Shown here: positions 50,845-61,639 of the stretch, piece by piece | How positions within the stretch are numbered: position 1 is the stretch's first letter | How the letters are laid out: every line of letters starts with the position of its first letter | Assembly: GCA_963815455.1 (NCBI GenBank) | Contig: CAWFGO010000002.1 | Span: 32,001 to 96,000, forward strand | DNA length: 64,000 nucleotides | Direction of reading: 5' to 3' | From: an uncultured Verrucomicrobiae bacterium | Lineage (GTDB): Bacteria > Verrucomicrobiota > Verrucomicrobiia > Chthoniobacterales > UBA10450 | Notes under the pieces: generated by a model | The model's database searches: none | Told to the model about the DNA's origin: nothing | Seen by the model: the letters and a program-made list of their open reading frames with translations, nothing else | Made by a program: the position numbers and the translations under genes

Positions 50845-53244
50845 ATGGCGATTGACCCGGAGGCGGATTTTCAGCTCGAGATCGGTCATGTCCTCTTCAT
50901 CGACATCGTCGGTTACTCGAAATTACTGATCGACGAGCAGCGACAACGTCAGAATGCGTTGAACGCGATCGTGCGTGAAACGGAGCAGTTCCGTCTCTCG
51001 GACGCTGGCGGAAGACTTGTGCGCTTGCCTACGGGAGATGGTATGGCCCTGGTGTTTCGCGATAGCATGGAGTCGCCCGTACATTGCGCGGCCCAAATCA
51101 GCAAAGCGCTGCAGACCCATCCGGAGCTCCCGGTGCGCATGGGGATTCATAGCGGACCGGTCAGCGATGTTCGCGACGTGAACGAACGTTCCAATGTGGC
51201 GGGCGATGGAATAAATCTCGCGCAACGGATAATGGATTGCGGCGACGCCGGCCATATTCTTTTGTCAAAACGCATCGCCGATGATCTGGCGCATCACAGC
51301 CGATGGCGTTCACAACTGCACCCGTTAGGCGAGGCCGAAGTGAAACACGGCGCCACGATCGACATTGTCAATTTCTTTGGAGATGGTTTTGGCAACGGGG
51401 CCGTGCCAGAAAAAATCGCGAAAAAGAAACGCGAAATCGACGCCGCAGCACGCAGCGAGCAAAGGCGCTCGCGCAGAAAGATAGCGGTCGTAATCCTTTT
51501 GTTAGCCGCAGTTGCAATTGGATCGTCAATGTTTGCCTATCGGTTTATGCGTCTGCGCAACGCAGCGGATGTGGGCTCGAATAAAAGTGTGGCCGTGCTC
51601 CCGTTCGAAAATCTGAGCGCCGATCCCGACAACGCTTTTTTCGCTGATGGAATTCAGGAGGACGTTCTAACAAGTCTCGCGAAGGTGAGCGATCTTAAGG
51701 TAATCAGTCGCACGTCGGTCATGCAATATCGGGGCGCGAAGGGAAATCGTAACCTTCGCGAGATCGCGCGCGCACTCGGCGTTGAGAATGTTCTGGAAGG
51801 AAGCGTTAGGCGGGTCGGAAACCGTGTCCTCGTGAATGTGCAGCTGATTGACGCGCCCAACGATCGGCATATTTGGGCCGAGCGTTACGACAGGACTATC
51901 GCAGATTCAATTGGCCTGCAAGGTGAACTCGCCGTGGAAATCGCGGCCGCGCTCAAAGCGACGCTCGCACCAATAGAAAAAGCGCGGCTCGCGACAAAGC
52001 CAACCGCAAATCCTGACGCTTACGTTCTCTATCTCCGCGCAATCGATCGTACGCGCACGGCCGCCTCAAAGGAAGATGCATTTGCGGTTGATGCACTCTA
52101 CGCGAAGGCGATTGAACTTGATCCGACATTTGCTTTGGCCATCGCGCGTCGATCGATGTGGAACACCGTAATGTACAGCGTCAGCCGCCTACCAGAGTTC
52201 AAGGCCAGAGCGCCCGCGCTTGCCGCGCAGGCTCTGCAACTCTCGCCCGATTTGCCAGAAGGGCACGTCGCGCTCGGCCTTTGCTTTTTCCGGATCGACC
52301 AGAATTACCCGGCGGCGCTGAAAGAATTTTCCATCGCCGCATCCGCGTCGACATTGGAACCGGATGTACTCGATTACACCGCCTCTATTTACTGCCGGCA
52401 GGGTCGCTGGCGAGAGGGACTTGCCAGCTACGATCGCGCGCAGGCACTGGATCCAAGAAATGCGCACGCCGGCGGTCCACAGACACGTGCGATGTTGCGC
52501 GATTGGTCTGGAGCCGTGGCCGGGTTTGAGCGGCTGCTGGCCATCGAGCCTGACAACATTTACGCAACGTGCGAATTTGCGCTGGTCTTGGTTCAACAAA
52601 GCGGGGACTTCGATCGGGCGAAGCAAATTCTTGCTGCGGTGCCGCCCGGCTTACACGGCGCAGGTGGACAGCCTTCGATGCTCGACGTGGTTCTGGCGGA
52701 GACCCGCTGGGAAATTAATATGCTCGCGCGCGATTACGCGGCGGCCGAAAAAGTCCTGGCCGATTACAAGGGCGACGAGTTCCTCGACATGCGCGCGGGT
52801 GAAAAGGCCTTTGATGCCGCGCGATCGGCGCTGGCTCGCGGTGATGTTAATGCAGCCCAACCGTTGTTTGAAAGGGTAAGATCGATTTACGAGGCAAGGG
52901 CGCGCGACCATCCCGATGACGCCAAATTTCACGGACCACTCGGACCGCTCTACGCGTATCTCGGCCGAAAAGATGATGCGTTTCGGGAAAGCCTTCGGGC
53001 CGTCGAGCTCTCTCCGGAAAGCAAAGACGCAATCGCCGGAGTAGCTTATTCGAACAATCTCGCGCTGGTCTACGCCCGGACGGGCGAGACCGATAAGGCG
53101 ATCACGCTAATTGAGCGTCTGCTTACGACTCCAGGCGGAGTCACGCTAACGGATTTGCGGTTGAATTGGCAGTGGGACCCGCTCCGGACGGATCCGCGCT
53201 TTCAGAAAATCCTCGCCGGATCTGAGCCGAAGACGATCTACTAG
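50845..53244 (+). CDS. Class III nucleotide cyclase domain + TM + TolB-like + TPR protein
   Basis: LFIDIVGYS, TGDG, RMGIHSG, GINLAQR; SVAVLPFENLS; WDPLRTDPRF. Confidence 0.88.
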   Translation: MAIDPEADFQLEIGHVLFIDIVGYSKLLIDEQRQRQNALNAIVRETEQFRLSDAGGRLVRLPTGDGMALVFRDSMESPVHCAAQISKALQTHPELPVRMGIHSGPVSDVRDVNERSNVAGDGINLAQRIMDCGDAGHILLSKRIADDLAHHSRWRSQLHPLGEAEVKHGATIDIVNFFGDGFGNGAVPEKIAKKKREIDAAARSEQRRSRRKIAVVILLLAAVAIGSSMFAYRFMRLRNAADVGSNKSVAVLPFENLSADPDNAFFADGIQEDVLTSLAKVSDLKVISRTSVMQYRGAKGNRNLREIARALGVENVLEGSVRRVGNRVLVNVQLIDAPNDRHIWAERYDRTIADSIGLQGELAVEIAAALKATLAPIEKARLATKPTANPDAYVLYLRAIDRTRTAASKEDAFAVDALYAKAIELDPTFALAIARRSMWNTVMYSVSRLPEFKARAPALAAQALQLSPDLPEGHVALGLCFFRIDQNYPAALKEFSIAASASTLEPDVLDYTASIYCRQGRWREGLASYDRAQALDPRNAHAGGPQTRAMLRDWSGAVAGFERLLAIEPDNIYATCEFALVLVQQSGDFDRAKQILAAVPPGLHGAGGQPSMLDVVLAETRWEINMLARDYAAAEKVLADYKGDEFLDMRAGEKAFDAARSALARGDVNAAQPLFERVRSIYEARARDHPDDAKFHGPLGPLYAYLGRKDDAFRESLRAVELSPESKDAIAGVAYSNNLALVYARTGETDKAITLIERLLTTPGGVTLTDLRLNWQWDPLRTDPRFQKILAGSEPKTIY

Positions 53245-53248
53245 ATAC

Positions 53249-54907
53249 ATGAACAACTTTCGAGCTTCCCTGTTTGTCTTCCTTCTGTTCGCCTCAGGCG
53301 CATACGCAGATTCGCTTGACAAACTGGCTGACGATTTCTGGACCTGGCGCGCGAAGAACGCTCCGTTCACCGGCGACGATGTAAACCGGCTGGAGCGGCC
53401 CGGCGGGATGCGCGACTGGTCGCGGACTAGCATCGACAAGCGACGCAAAGACCTCGCTGATTTCCAAACACGCTGGAAGAAGATCGACATCAGCGGTTGG
53501 CCGATTCCGAAACAAGTCGATTACAAATTGATCGGCTCGGCCCTGGCGCGCGGGCATTGGGAACTCGACATTAATCCTCGCTGGAAACGCGATCCCAATT
53601 TCTATCTCGAACAAACGCTCACCGCGCTCACCGAGTCTTTAACAGTCCCCGCGCCGTACGACGAAGCGCACAGCAAAGAGATCCTCACGCGCATTGAAAA
53701 TATTCCATCGATTCTCAAGCAAGCGGAAAAAAATCTGGATGAGCCGCCGGCGCCATTCGCTTCCGTTGCCATTCAAGCGCTGGACGGAATCCGCGATCGC
53801 CTCCAAAAAATGGCGAGTGCCCTGCGACCATCGACAACGCTTAAAGGCGAACAACTGAATGACGCGACAAATCGCGCCGCCGATGCCCTGGAACATTTGC
53901 AAGGACATTTGAAGCAGTTATTGCCGTCGCTTCCGCAACAAACCGCGCTCGGTCGCGACGCTTACGTCTTCTTTCTCAAGCACGTCGCTCTCTATCCTTT
54001 TTCACCCGAGGAAATCCTGGCTATGGGGCAGCAGGAATGGAATCGGGCAGTTGCCTTCGAAGCGTTCGAGAAGAATCGGAACAAAGATGTACCGCCGCTC
54101 AAGATCGCCGATAACATCGACAATTGGATCAAGAAAGCCGCAGCCGACGAACTCCAGGTCCGCAAATTTCTGGAGGAACACAATATTCTCACTGTGCCCG
54201 ATTGGGTGCAGCATTACACGTTGCGGCCAACGCCGGAATATTTGCGCGCGTTGGGATTTACCGAGACCGACGATTTCACCGGACCGTCGCGATTGAAGGA
54301 AAATTGTATCCGCTACATCGCCGAGCCTTCTGAAAATCTCGGTTACTTCTGGCGCGCAACGGCGATGGACTCGCGTCCGATCTGCGTCCACGAAGGAATT
54401 CCGGGCCATTATTTTCAGCTTTGTCTTTCCTGGAAACACGAGGATCCAATCCGCCGGCATTATTACGACTCCGGCGCCAACGAAGGGATCGGTTTTTATG
54501 CCGAAGAGATGACGTTGCAAGCGGGCTTGTTCGACGACAGCCCGCACACCCGCGAGATCATTTACAATTTCATGCGTCTGCGCGCGCTGCGCGTGGAAGT
54601 GGATGTGAAACTCGCGCTCGGACAATTCACCCTCGAACAAGCCGCGAAATATTTACAGGAGAAAGTCCCGATGGACGAAGGCACCGCGCGCCAGGAAGCG
54701 ATCGCTTTCTCCACCGGCCCGGGCCAGGCGTTAACCTATCAGATCGGGAAACTCCAGATTTTGAAATTTCTGGCCGACGCGCGCATGCAGCAGGGCGACA
54801 AATTCAATCTCCGCGCCTTCCACGATTTCGTCTGGAAGAACGGCAACGTCCCGATTGCGTTGCAAGAGTGGGAATATTTAGGTGTTGGCCGCGAAGTTCC
54901 TAAATAA
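53249..54907 (+). CDS. DUF885 family secreted protein
   Basis: HEGIPGH, EGIGFYAE, PGQALTYQIG, FNLRAFHD. Confidence 0.88.
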   Translation: MNNFRASLFVFLLFASGAYADSLDKLADDFWTWRAKNAPFTGDDVNRLERPGGMRDWSRTSIDKRRKDLADFQTRWKKIDISGWPIPKQVDYKLIGSALARGHWELDINPRWKRDPNFYLEQTLTALTESLTVPAPYDEAHSKEILTRIENIPSILKQAEKNLDEPPAPFASVAIQALDGIRDRLQKMASALRPSTTLKGEQLNDATNRAADALEHLQGHLKQLLPSLPQQTALGRDAYVFFLKHVALYPFSPEEILAMGQQEWNRAVAFEAFEKNRNKDVPPLKIADNIDNWIKKAAADELQVRKFLEEHNILTVPDWVQHYTLRPTPEYLRALGFTETDDFTGPSRLKENCIRYIAEPSENLGYFWRATAMDSRPICVHEGIPGHYFQLCLSWKHEDPIRRHYYDSGANEGIGFYAEEMTLQAGLFDDSPHTREIIYNFMRLRALRVEVDVKLALGQFTLEQAAKYLQEKVPMDEGTARQEAIAFSTGPGQALTYQIGKLQILKFLADARMQQGDKFNLRAFHDFVWKNGNVPIALQEWEYLGVGREVPK

Positions 54908-55121
54908 AGCCAATTCTGTCATTCCGAGCGAAGTCGCCTGCCTTGCCGAAGCCTTGTGCGAAGGCTGGGAGGAATCTCTCGCTTTCCACAAGCCGGGGAG
55001 CTACATCGACGGGACACGTTCCATTGCAACAACGCGGCATTCATTCAACCAACCTCGTGAAAAGGATCGAAGCTCGTTTCGGCTAGCAGCCGAAACCAAC
55101 AGGCTGGCAGCCTGTGCTCCC

Positions 55122-55151
55122 CAATCCGTGAAATCCGCGTCATCCGCGGTT
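55122..55151. repeat. 9-mer tandem repeat, inverted copy of 22905..22934
   Basis: caatccgtgaaatccgcgtcatccgcggtt. Confidence 0.7.
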
Positions 55152-55161
55152 TGCTTCGCCT

Positions 55162-57201
55162 TCAGTGCCGGGTTCCAAATTGACGCGCTTGCTCGAACGC
55201 CTCGGCCGCGCGTTCCTGCTGATTGAAATGGGCCAGATATCGGCCGCGGTTCTCCAGCATCGCTCTGTAAGCCGGAATCACCTTCACATTCACGACGTCA
55301 TCTGGCTCGAACCTGTTGGTCCCGTCGGTTAGGCCGCGCATTTGCAGGTGCAATTCTCCGGGGTCGTGAAAGTCATGGTCGCGGACCAACTGAAACACGA
55401 GCCCTCTGGGGACTACTTGAAAATTTTGATCGAGCCATCGATTCAGATCGATTTCACGCGATTCCCTCATCACGAAAACTTCATTGGTGACGTAAACCGG
55501 CGCGACTTGGATTTCTTTGGTGACAAAGGATTGAATCATCCGCTGAAAAGCGCTGCTTATTTGCTGGGTCAGGGCGGTGCTTTTCCGATACACCTCGGGA
55601 TCGTGTTCCCAATTCTTCAGGTACGCTAAATACGGATTGACCGTATCGCGCGATCTTTCGATGAAATCCGGGTAAGCCCGCTGCAAGTAATCGAAATACC
55701 AGGAGCGGCGCAGCAGTAGCATATCCACCGCTTTGATGTCCCGGCGACGCTGCTCTATTTCGCGGGTGTAAAGCATGGGCGAGGCAACCTGCCAGTCGAA
55801 CGTAAGCAGAAGGCCATTCGGTTCGATCGTGTTCTGAATGTTCTCCACGTAATCGTGCGCAATGAAATAATGGCTCCGATTATTGAAGGGCCAGTTGCTG
55901 GCCAGAGCCAATACCGGAACCAGCGCGACGGTCGAGGAAATCAACACCCTGCCCGTAGTCGTTGCGCGTTTTGCCGATGCAAATTGCAGGAATGAATGAA
56001 AACCGATTCCGGCAGCGATGCTTATCGCGATAAAAACCGGCAAGTAATACGCGTCCTTATCTTCGGCGATCTCGTAGTTGAGGTTGTAGGCGAGATTCGC
56101 CAGAGCAATAACGAGCAACCATAGAAAGATGGCGCGATCTCGTTTCCATGCGGCGATGAAACCTGCGATCGCGACAACAATGGCAATTGGAAGCCACGGC
56201 GGGCCGAATTCGCGAAGCAGGAACCGCCCGAACTGCAGAAACTGCTTGCCGATAATCGTCGGCGAAAATGAGAGGAAGAGTTGATACTGCTTGCCGGTGA
56301 TGTGCGCCCAGATCTTATCGAGCGAGTGCGGGTCTCCCCAGTTCAAGATCGGTTTGTGCGCAGCGGCCAGCGGCAGGTAGGTGTAAACAACGAGCAGGGC
56401 GGCAAAGGAAATGAGTGCCGCGTACAATAATCTCTTGCTCGCAAAAAATCTGAGGCCCTGAGTCTTGTAGACCAGAACCGCCAACGCTGGCAGTACCAAC
56501 GCGACGGTCACGTGGTGAACGCCCAGCGCGAGTCCGAAGACGACCGCCGCCGCGTACAGAAAACAATCATGATCGACGATGCCAGCCCTGAAGCCGCGAG
56601 CGGTTGTCGATCTTTCATCTTCGACGATCCGACGCCGCCAGTGAGCCATCAAGAACAGGATCGTCAGAATAAGAAATGTGTTGAGTGCATAGACCTCGGT
56701 GATGGTCGCGTACGACCAAAGCGTGCGTGAAAATGCCAGGACCAACCCCGCGCCAATGGCGGGAATAATTGTTACCAGCCAACTGCTTGTCGAATTGCCA
56801 TCGGCAGCGGTGGCAATCGAATGAGGAGATGGCTTCCTGCCTTTTCGTGCCGCCTTTTTGGATCTGCGTTGCAATTCCACGATATATGAAGCCGTAAAAA
56901 TAATCTCAGCCACGAGGAGCGTGAGCATCGCGCAAGCAAGCGCCGCAAAAAACGCCGAAGCAAAATTGATCCGCACCGCGACGTTACCGATCGGAACCAG
57001 CGAAGCGAGATGAGCCAGCAGCAGATACAACGGAAAACCCGGCGGGTGAGCGACGCCGAGGAAGCGAGCGGCAACAATCAATTCGCCGCTGTCCACCAGA
57101 GTGACCGTCGGCGCCAGCGTCCGGATGTAAACAACGAGCGCGACGAGAAAGACCAGCGCAGCAGAAACGAAGGTTGAGGTGCGAAAAGTGAACTTCGTCA
57201 C
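55162..57201 (-). CDS. DUF2723 / TMEM260-like membrane glycosyltransferase
   Basis: TLAPTV..DSGELI, GVAHPPGFPLY, EVYALN; many TM helices. Confidence 0.88.
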   Translation of the reverse strand: MTKFTFRTSTFVSAALVFLVALVVYIRTLAPTVTLVDSGELIVAARFLGVAHPPGFPLYLLLAHLASLVPIGNVAVRINFASAFFAALACAMLTLLVAEIIFTASYIVELQRRSKKAARKGRKPSPHSIATAADGNSTSSWLVTIIPAIGAGLVLAFSRTLWSYATITEVYALNTFLILTILFLMAHWRRRIVEDERSTTARGFRAGIVDHDCFLYAAAVVFGLALGVHHVTVALVLPALAVLVYKTQGLRFFASKRLLYAALISFAALLVVYTYLPLAAAHKPILNWGDPHSLDKIWAHITGKQYQLFLSFSPTIIGKQFLQFGRFLLREFGPPWLPIAIVVAIAGFIAAWKRDRAIFLWLLVIALANLAYNLNYEIAEDKDAYYLPVFIAISIAAGIGFHSFLQFASAKRATTTGRVLISSTVALVPVLALASNWPFNNRSHYFIAHDYVENIQNTIEPNGLLLTFDWQVASPMLYTREIEQRRRDIKAVDMLLLRRSWYFDYLQRAYPDFIERSRDTVNPYLAYLKNWEHDPEVYRKSTALTQQISSAFQRMIQSFVTKEIQVAPVYVTNEVFVMRESREIDLNRWLDQNFQVVPRGLVFQLVRDHDFHDPGELHLQMRGLTDGTNRFEPDDVVNVKVIPAYRAMLENRGRYLAHFNQQERAAEAFEQARQFGTRH

Positions 57202-57356
57202 GGAACTGCTTCTACCATACTGATAGACACCAGATCATGAGATTTTCACCAAAGTTCGTTTCGGCGAGATGCCGAAACCAGGTTCGCCGCGGCGACCGCC
57301 AGCCAGTCTGTGAAACCCGCATCATTCGCGATTGGATCGGTGTCCTCGTGGTCGTG

Positions 57357-57812
57357 TCAGCGCAGTTTAAGAAGCACATCGTTGATCGCCGAGTCGAGGG
57401 CCTTCAGTTTGAAGGGCTTGATGAGCACCGTCGCGTTCACTCGCCGGAAGAAAAACTCGATTGCCGGATTGTTCTGGTGGCCGGTAAAAAAGATGAACCG
57501 CCGAGCAGCAGCCGGCCGGGCCCGGGTCACCGCCCAGTAGAACATTTCGCCCCCGACTTTCGGCATCATCATGTCGCAAATGATGAGATCAAAGGCGCCT
57601 TTCATGATCGCGCGCAGGCCCTCGACGCCGCTTCGGACAGAGGTCACCTCACAAGAGCGGAGGACCAGGTGTTCGTGGAGAACCTCCCGGAAATCATCGC
57701 GATCTTCCAGGAGCAACACTCGCCGGGCCGGCCCCTTTGGTGTAGCCACTTGCTCGTTAATGTCGAGAGCGATCGACTTCGCGGGAACGTAAGTTATCGG
57801 TGGCCGGCGCAT
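57357..57812 (-). CDS. Single-domain response regulator (start uncertain)
   Basis: VLLLED, IICDMMMPKVGG, FFTG, KPF. Confidence 0.8.
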   Translation of the reverse strand: MRRPPITYVPAKSIALDINEQVATPKGPARRVLLLEDRDDFREVLHEHLVLRSCEVTSVRSGVEGLRAIMKGAFDLIICDMMMPKVGGEMFYWAVTRARPAAARRFIFFTGHQNNPAIEFFFRRVNATVLIKPFKLKALDSAINDVLLKLR

Positions 57813-57911
57813 CGCCCCAAGCTAATTAGCAAGACGGGTGCCCTCGGCACAGTTCGGGATGCCTCTTTGCCCTGGCCTTGAAACCCGCGGCACTACTACT
57901 GATTGTCGATC

Positions 57912-57984
57912 CTAATCGACGATTTCGAGGCCCATTTGGCGGGCGGTACCGGCGATGATGCGATAGGTGCCTTTCGCTGCTGCG
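57912..57984 (-). repeat. Diverged duplicate of the rplK 3' end
   Basis: Encodes [16 protein letters not shown]; differs from 58612..58662 at three synonymous sites. Confidence 0.9.
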
Positions 57985-58033
57985 CCCGACAAAAATGAAT
58001 TGCGGGATACAGCGTGTGATCGGAGAATTAACC

Positions 58034-58252
58034 GTGGATACAGCGTTACCTCTGGACAAGATGACTGTCGAAGAAAAACTCAGGGCGATGGAATCTATTT
58101 GGCAGTCGCTCTCGAAGCAGGAGGAAAATGTGCCCGTTCCTGACTGGCACAAACGCGTCCTGGATGCGCGTCAGCGGCAGATCGATGCCGGGGAAGCTAC
58201 CTTCATTTCTTTGGAAGACATGAAGGAACGTGTCCGGAAGCGAACTGAATGA
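58034..58252 (+). CDS. Addiction-module antitoxin (TIGR02574-like)
   Basis: GGAGA RBS; MTVEEKLRAMESIWQSL, VPDWHKRVLDAR. Confidence 0.8.
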   Translation: MDTALPLDKMTVEEKLRAMESIWQSLSKQEENVPVPDWHKRVLDARQRQIDAGEATFISLEDMKERVRKRTE

Positions 58253-58541
58253 GAGTCCAGATCCTGGACATGGCCGAAGAGGACCTTGTCGAGGGATACT
58301 GGTTTTACGAAGCTCAAGAACCGGGTTTGGGAGCGTATTTTCGCGATAGCATCTATGCCGACCTTTATGCGCTAGAAAAACGGCAGGCGTTCATCGCATC
58401 GTTTACAAAAACTATAACCGGGCGCTCGCCGCCCTGTTTCCATTCGCGTTGTACTACTCGGTTTCGGGGCAGACAGCGTTTGCCCGAGCGATCGTCGATT
58501 GCCGGCGAGACCCTACATGGATCAGGGAGCATCTGGAATAA
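58249..58541 (+). CDS. RelE/ParE toxin, frameshifted in an A-run (~58378)
   Basis: AEEDLVEGYWFYEAQEPGLG..F; adding one A gives ...FPFALYY...AIVDCRRDPTWI. Confidence 0.75.
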
Positions 58542-58611
58542 GTTCGCTTCGACGAGGGCGCCGAAAACCAGGTCTGCGACCGCTCTCCAATCCGCGTAGT
58601 ACGCGGTTCAA

Positions 58612-59037
58612 CTAATCGACGATCTCGAGGCCCATCTGGCGGGCGGTACCAGCGATGATGCGGAAGGCGGCTTCGCTGCTTCGGGCGTTCAAGTCTTTCC
58701 CTTTCGTTTTCACGATGTCCATGACTTGTTTGCGCGTGACGGTGCCGACTTTGACTTTGTTCGGCTCTTTGGAGCCGGCGGCGATGTTGGCCGCTTTTTT
58801 CAACAAGATCGCGGCCGGCGGGCTCTTGGTAATGAAGGTGAACGATTTGTCTTTGAAAACGGTGATCACGACCGGAAGAATATCGCCGGATTGTTTTTGG
58901 GTGGCGGCGTTAAATTCCTTGCAGAACGCCATGATGTTGACGCCGCGCGGTCCGAGCGCGGTGCCAACGGGCGGCGCCGGGTTCGCCTGACCTGCGGGGA
59001 TCTGCAATTTGATGTGTGCTACAATTTCTTTAGCCAT
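58612..59037 (-). CDS. rplK: 50S ribosomal protein L11
   Basis: [35 protein letters not shown]. Confidence 0.98.
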   Translation of the reverse strand: MAKEIVAHIKLQIPAGQANPAPPVGTALGPRGVNIMAFCKEFNAATQKQSGDILPVVITVFKDKSFTFITKSPPAAILLKKAANIAAGSKEPNKVKVGTVTRKQVMDIVKTKGKDLNARSSEAAFRIIAGTARQMGLEIVD

Positions 59038-59083
59038 CTGGAAAAGTTAGAGTTGTTAGTTGAGAGTTGAGTAATTGTCGATC

Positions 59084-59653
59084 TTAGCCGCGCTCGACCT
59101 GCCAGTATTCCAGTTCCACCGGGGTGGCGCGGCCGAAAATGGTGACCGAGACGCGCAGCTTGCCGCGCTCCGGGTCTATTTCTTCGACAATGCCGTTCTG
59201 GTTTTGGAACGGACCGTCGGCGACCTTCACGGTTTCGCCCACTTCGAAGCTGACTTTCGGCTTCACCTTTTCTTCACGCTCTTTCATTTGCGCCAGCATG
59301 CTGTCCACTTCGGATTGGCGCATCGGAATCGGTTTGTCCTTCGTGCCGGCAAAACCGATCACGCCCGGTGTGTCGCGAATAAAATACCAGGTGCGTCCGA
59401 TCAGCTGGTTGTTTTCGTCGAGCAAATGCATGTTCACGATCAGATAGCCCGGGAAAAACTTGCGGGTCGTCTCGCTCTTCTTGCCCTTCTTGATTTCCGA
59501 GACCCGCTCCGTCGGAACCATTACCTCGTAAACAAGGTCGCCCATTTCCTCGGTCTTGACGCGCTTCTCGATGTTCTCCCGGACCTTGTTTTCCTGGCCG
59601 GAGAGCACGTGCACGACGAACCATTGGTCTTTGCCTGCAAGTGTTTGCGACAT
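59084..59653 (-). CDS. nusG: Transcription elongation factor NusG
   Basis: WFVVHVLSGQE, FPGY, KOW motif DGPF, IFGRATPVEL. Confidence 0.98.
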   Translation of the reverse strand: MSQTLAGKDQWFVVHVLSGQENKVRENIEKRVKTEEMGDLVYEVMVPTERVSEIKKGKKSETTRKFFPGYLIVNMHLLDENNQLIGRTWYFIRDTPGVIGFAGTKDKPIPMRQSEVDSMLAQMKEREEKVKPKVSFEVGETVKVADGPFQNQNGIVEEIDPERGKLRVSVTIFGRATPVELEYWQVERG

Positions 59654-59655
59654 AA

Positions 59656-59874
59656 TCAGTGGAGCCGGGTAAAGAAGTGCACAACGTTCACCAGGACGAA
59701 ATCGAACAACGCGACGTAACCGCCAAGCAACAACATGGCGATGATGACCACGAGGGTCGAATCAGTGAGTTCCTTGTAGCGGCGGAATCCTTTTTCCTGC
59801 GGGTCCCACGGCCAGGAAGCTTTCTGAAGCTCGACCTTCACTTCATTGAAGAAGGTTTTGGTTTTTGTGATCAT
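59656..59874 (-). CDS. secE: Preprotein translocase SecE
   Basis: EVKVELQKASWP plus one TM helix; synteny with tRNA-Trp and nusG. Confidence 0.92.
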   Translation of the reverse strand: MITKTKTFFNEVKVELQKASWPWDPQEKGFRRYKELTDSTLVVIIAMLLLGGYVALFDFVLVNVVHFFTRLH

Positions 59875-59896
59875 GAACTAATCAAACACTCATCAA

Positions 59897-59969
59897 CACG
59901 CCAGGAGGGACTCGAACCCCCAACAGGCGGTTTTGGAGACCGCTACTCTACCAATTGAGTTACTGGCGT
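59897..59969 (-). tRNA. tRNA-Trp(CCA), CCA end not encoded
   Basis: ACGCCAG acceptor stem, anticodon loop CTCCAAA, GTTCGAGTCC T-arm. Confidence 0.95.
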
Positions 59970-60040
59970 AAAACTCTTCCTCTTCCTCTTAATCTTCCTC
60001 CACTCAGAGAGGAGAAAAGAGGAAGCGGTAGAGGAAGATT

Positions 60041-61225
<1,185 letters not shown>

Positions 61226-61294
61226 GTCGATCTTTCTTTTTAATTAATACTGCGTCTTTTTTTCTAATCATCTGCCCCGGTCCCGAGCTCACTC

Positions 61295-61370
<76 letters not shown>

Positions 61371-61639
61371 GGCTCTTCGTCATGTCGATGCTCGCCGCGT
61401 TCTCCGTGGCGGAGCCGAGCGACGAACCGGTTTGCTCCTTGCCAGAGAGTCAAAAGTCCCAGAGCCGCGTCAAATTTGCATAATTTGAACGACTTTGGGA
61501 CCGCCTCGTTCCAGCAAAAAGCGTCCGCAAGCTAACAGCACGCCCCCCACTGTCAAAGAAATTTTGGAGCGCAAACGGACCGAAATCCGTGGCCTAATGG
61601 AGCCTCCTCTGCCTTTTCCTTTCGATGGAAGATTATGAC

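Noticed and set aside
57901..57920. Similarity of GTCGATTAGGATCGACAATC (rplK duplicate end) and other AGATCGAC sites (~4317, ~18965, ~30182, ~59077, ~61226) to the array junction
   Set aside because: GATCGA-type words are very frequent in this sequence and the match is too short to support a shared recombination site without statistics.
36360..58611. Prophage or integrase-encoding island
   Set aside because: No phage, integrase, transposase or conjugation genes are recognisable, and no direct repeat brackets the whole 22 kb.
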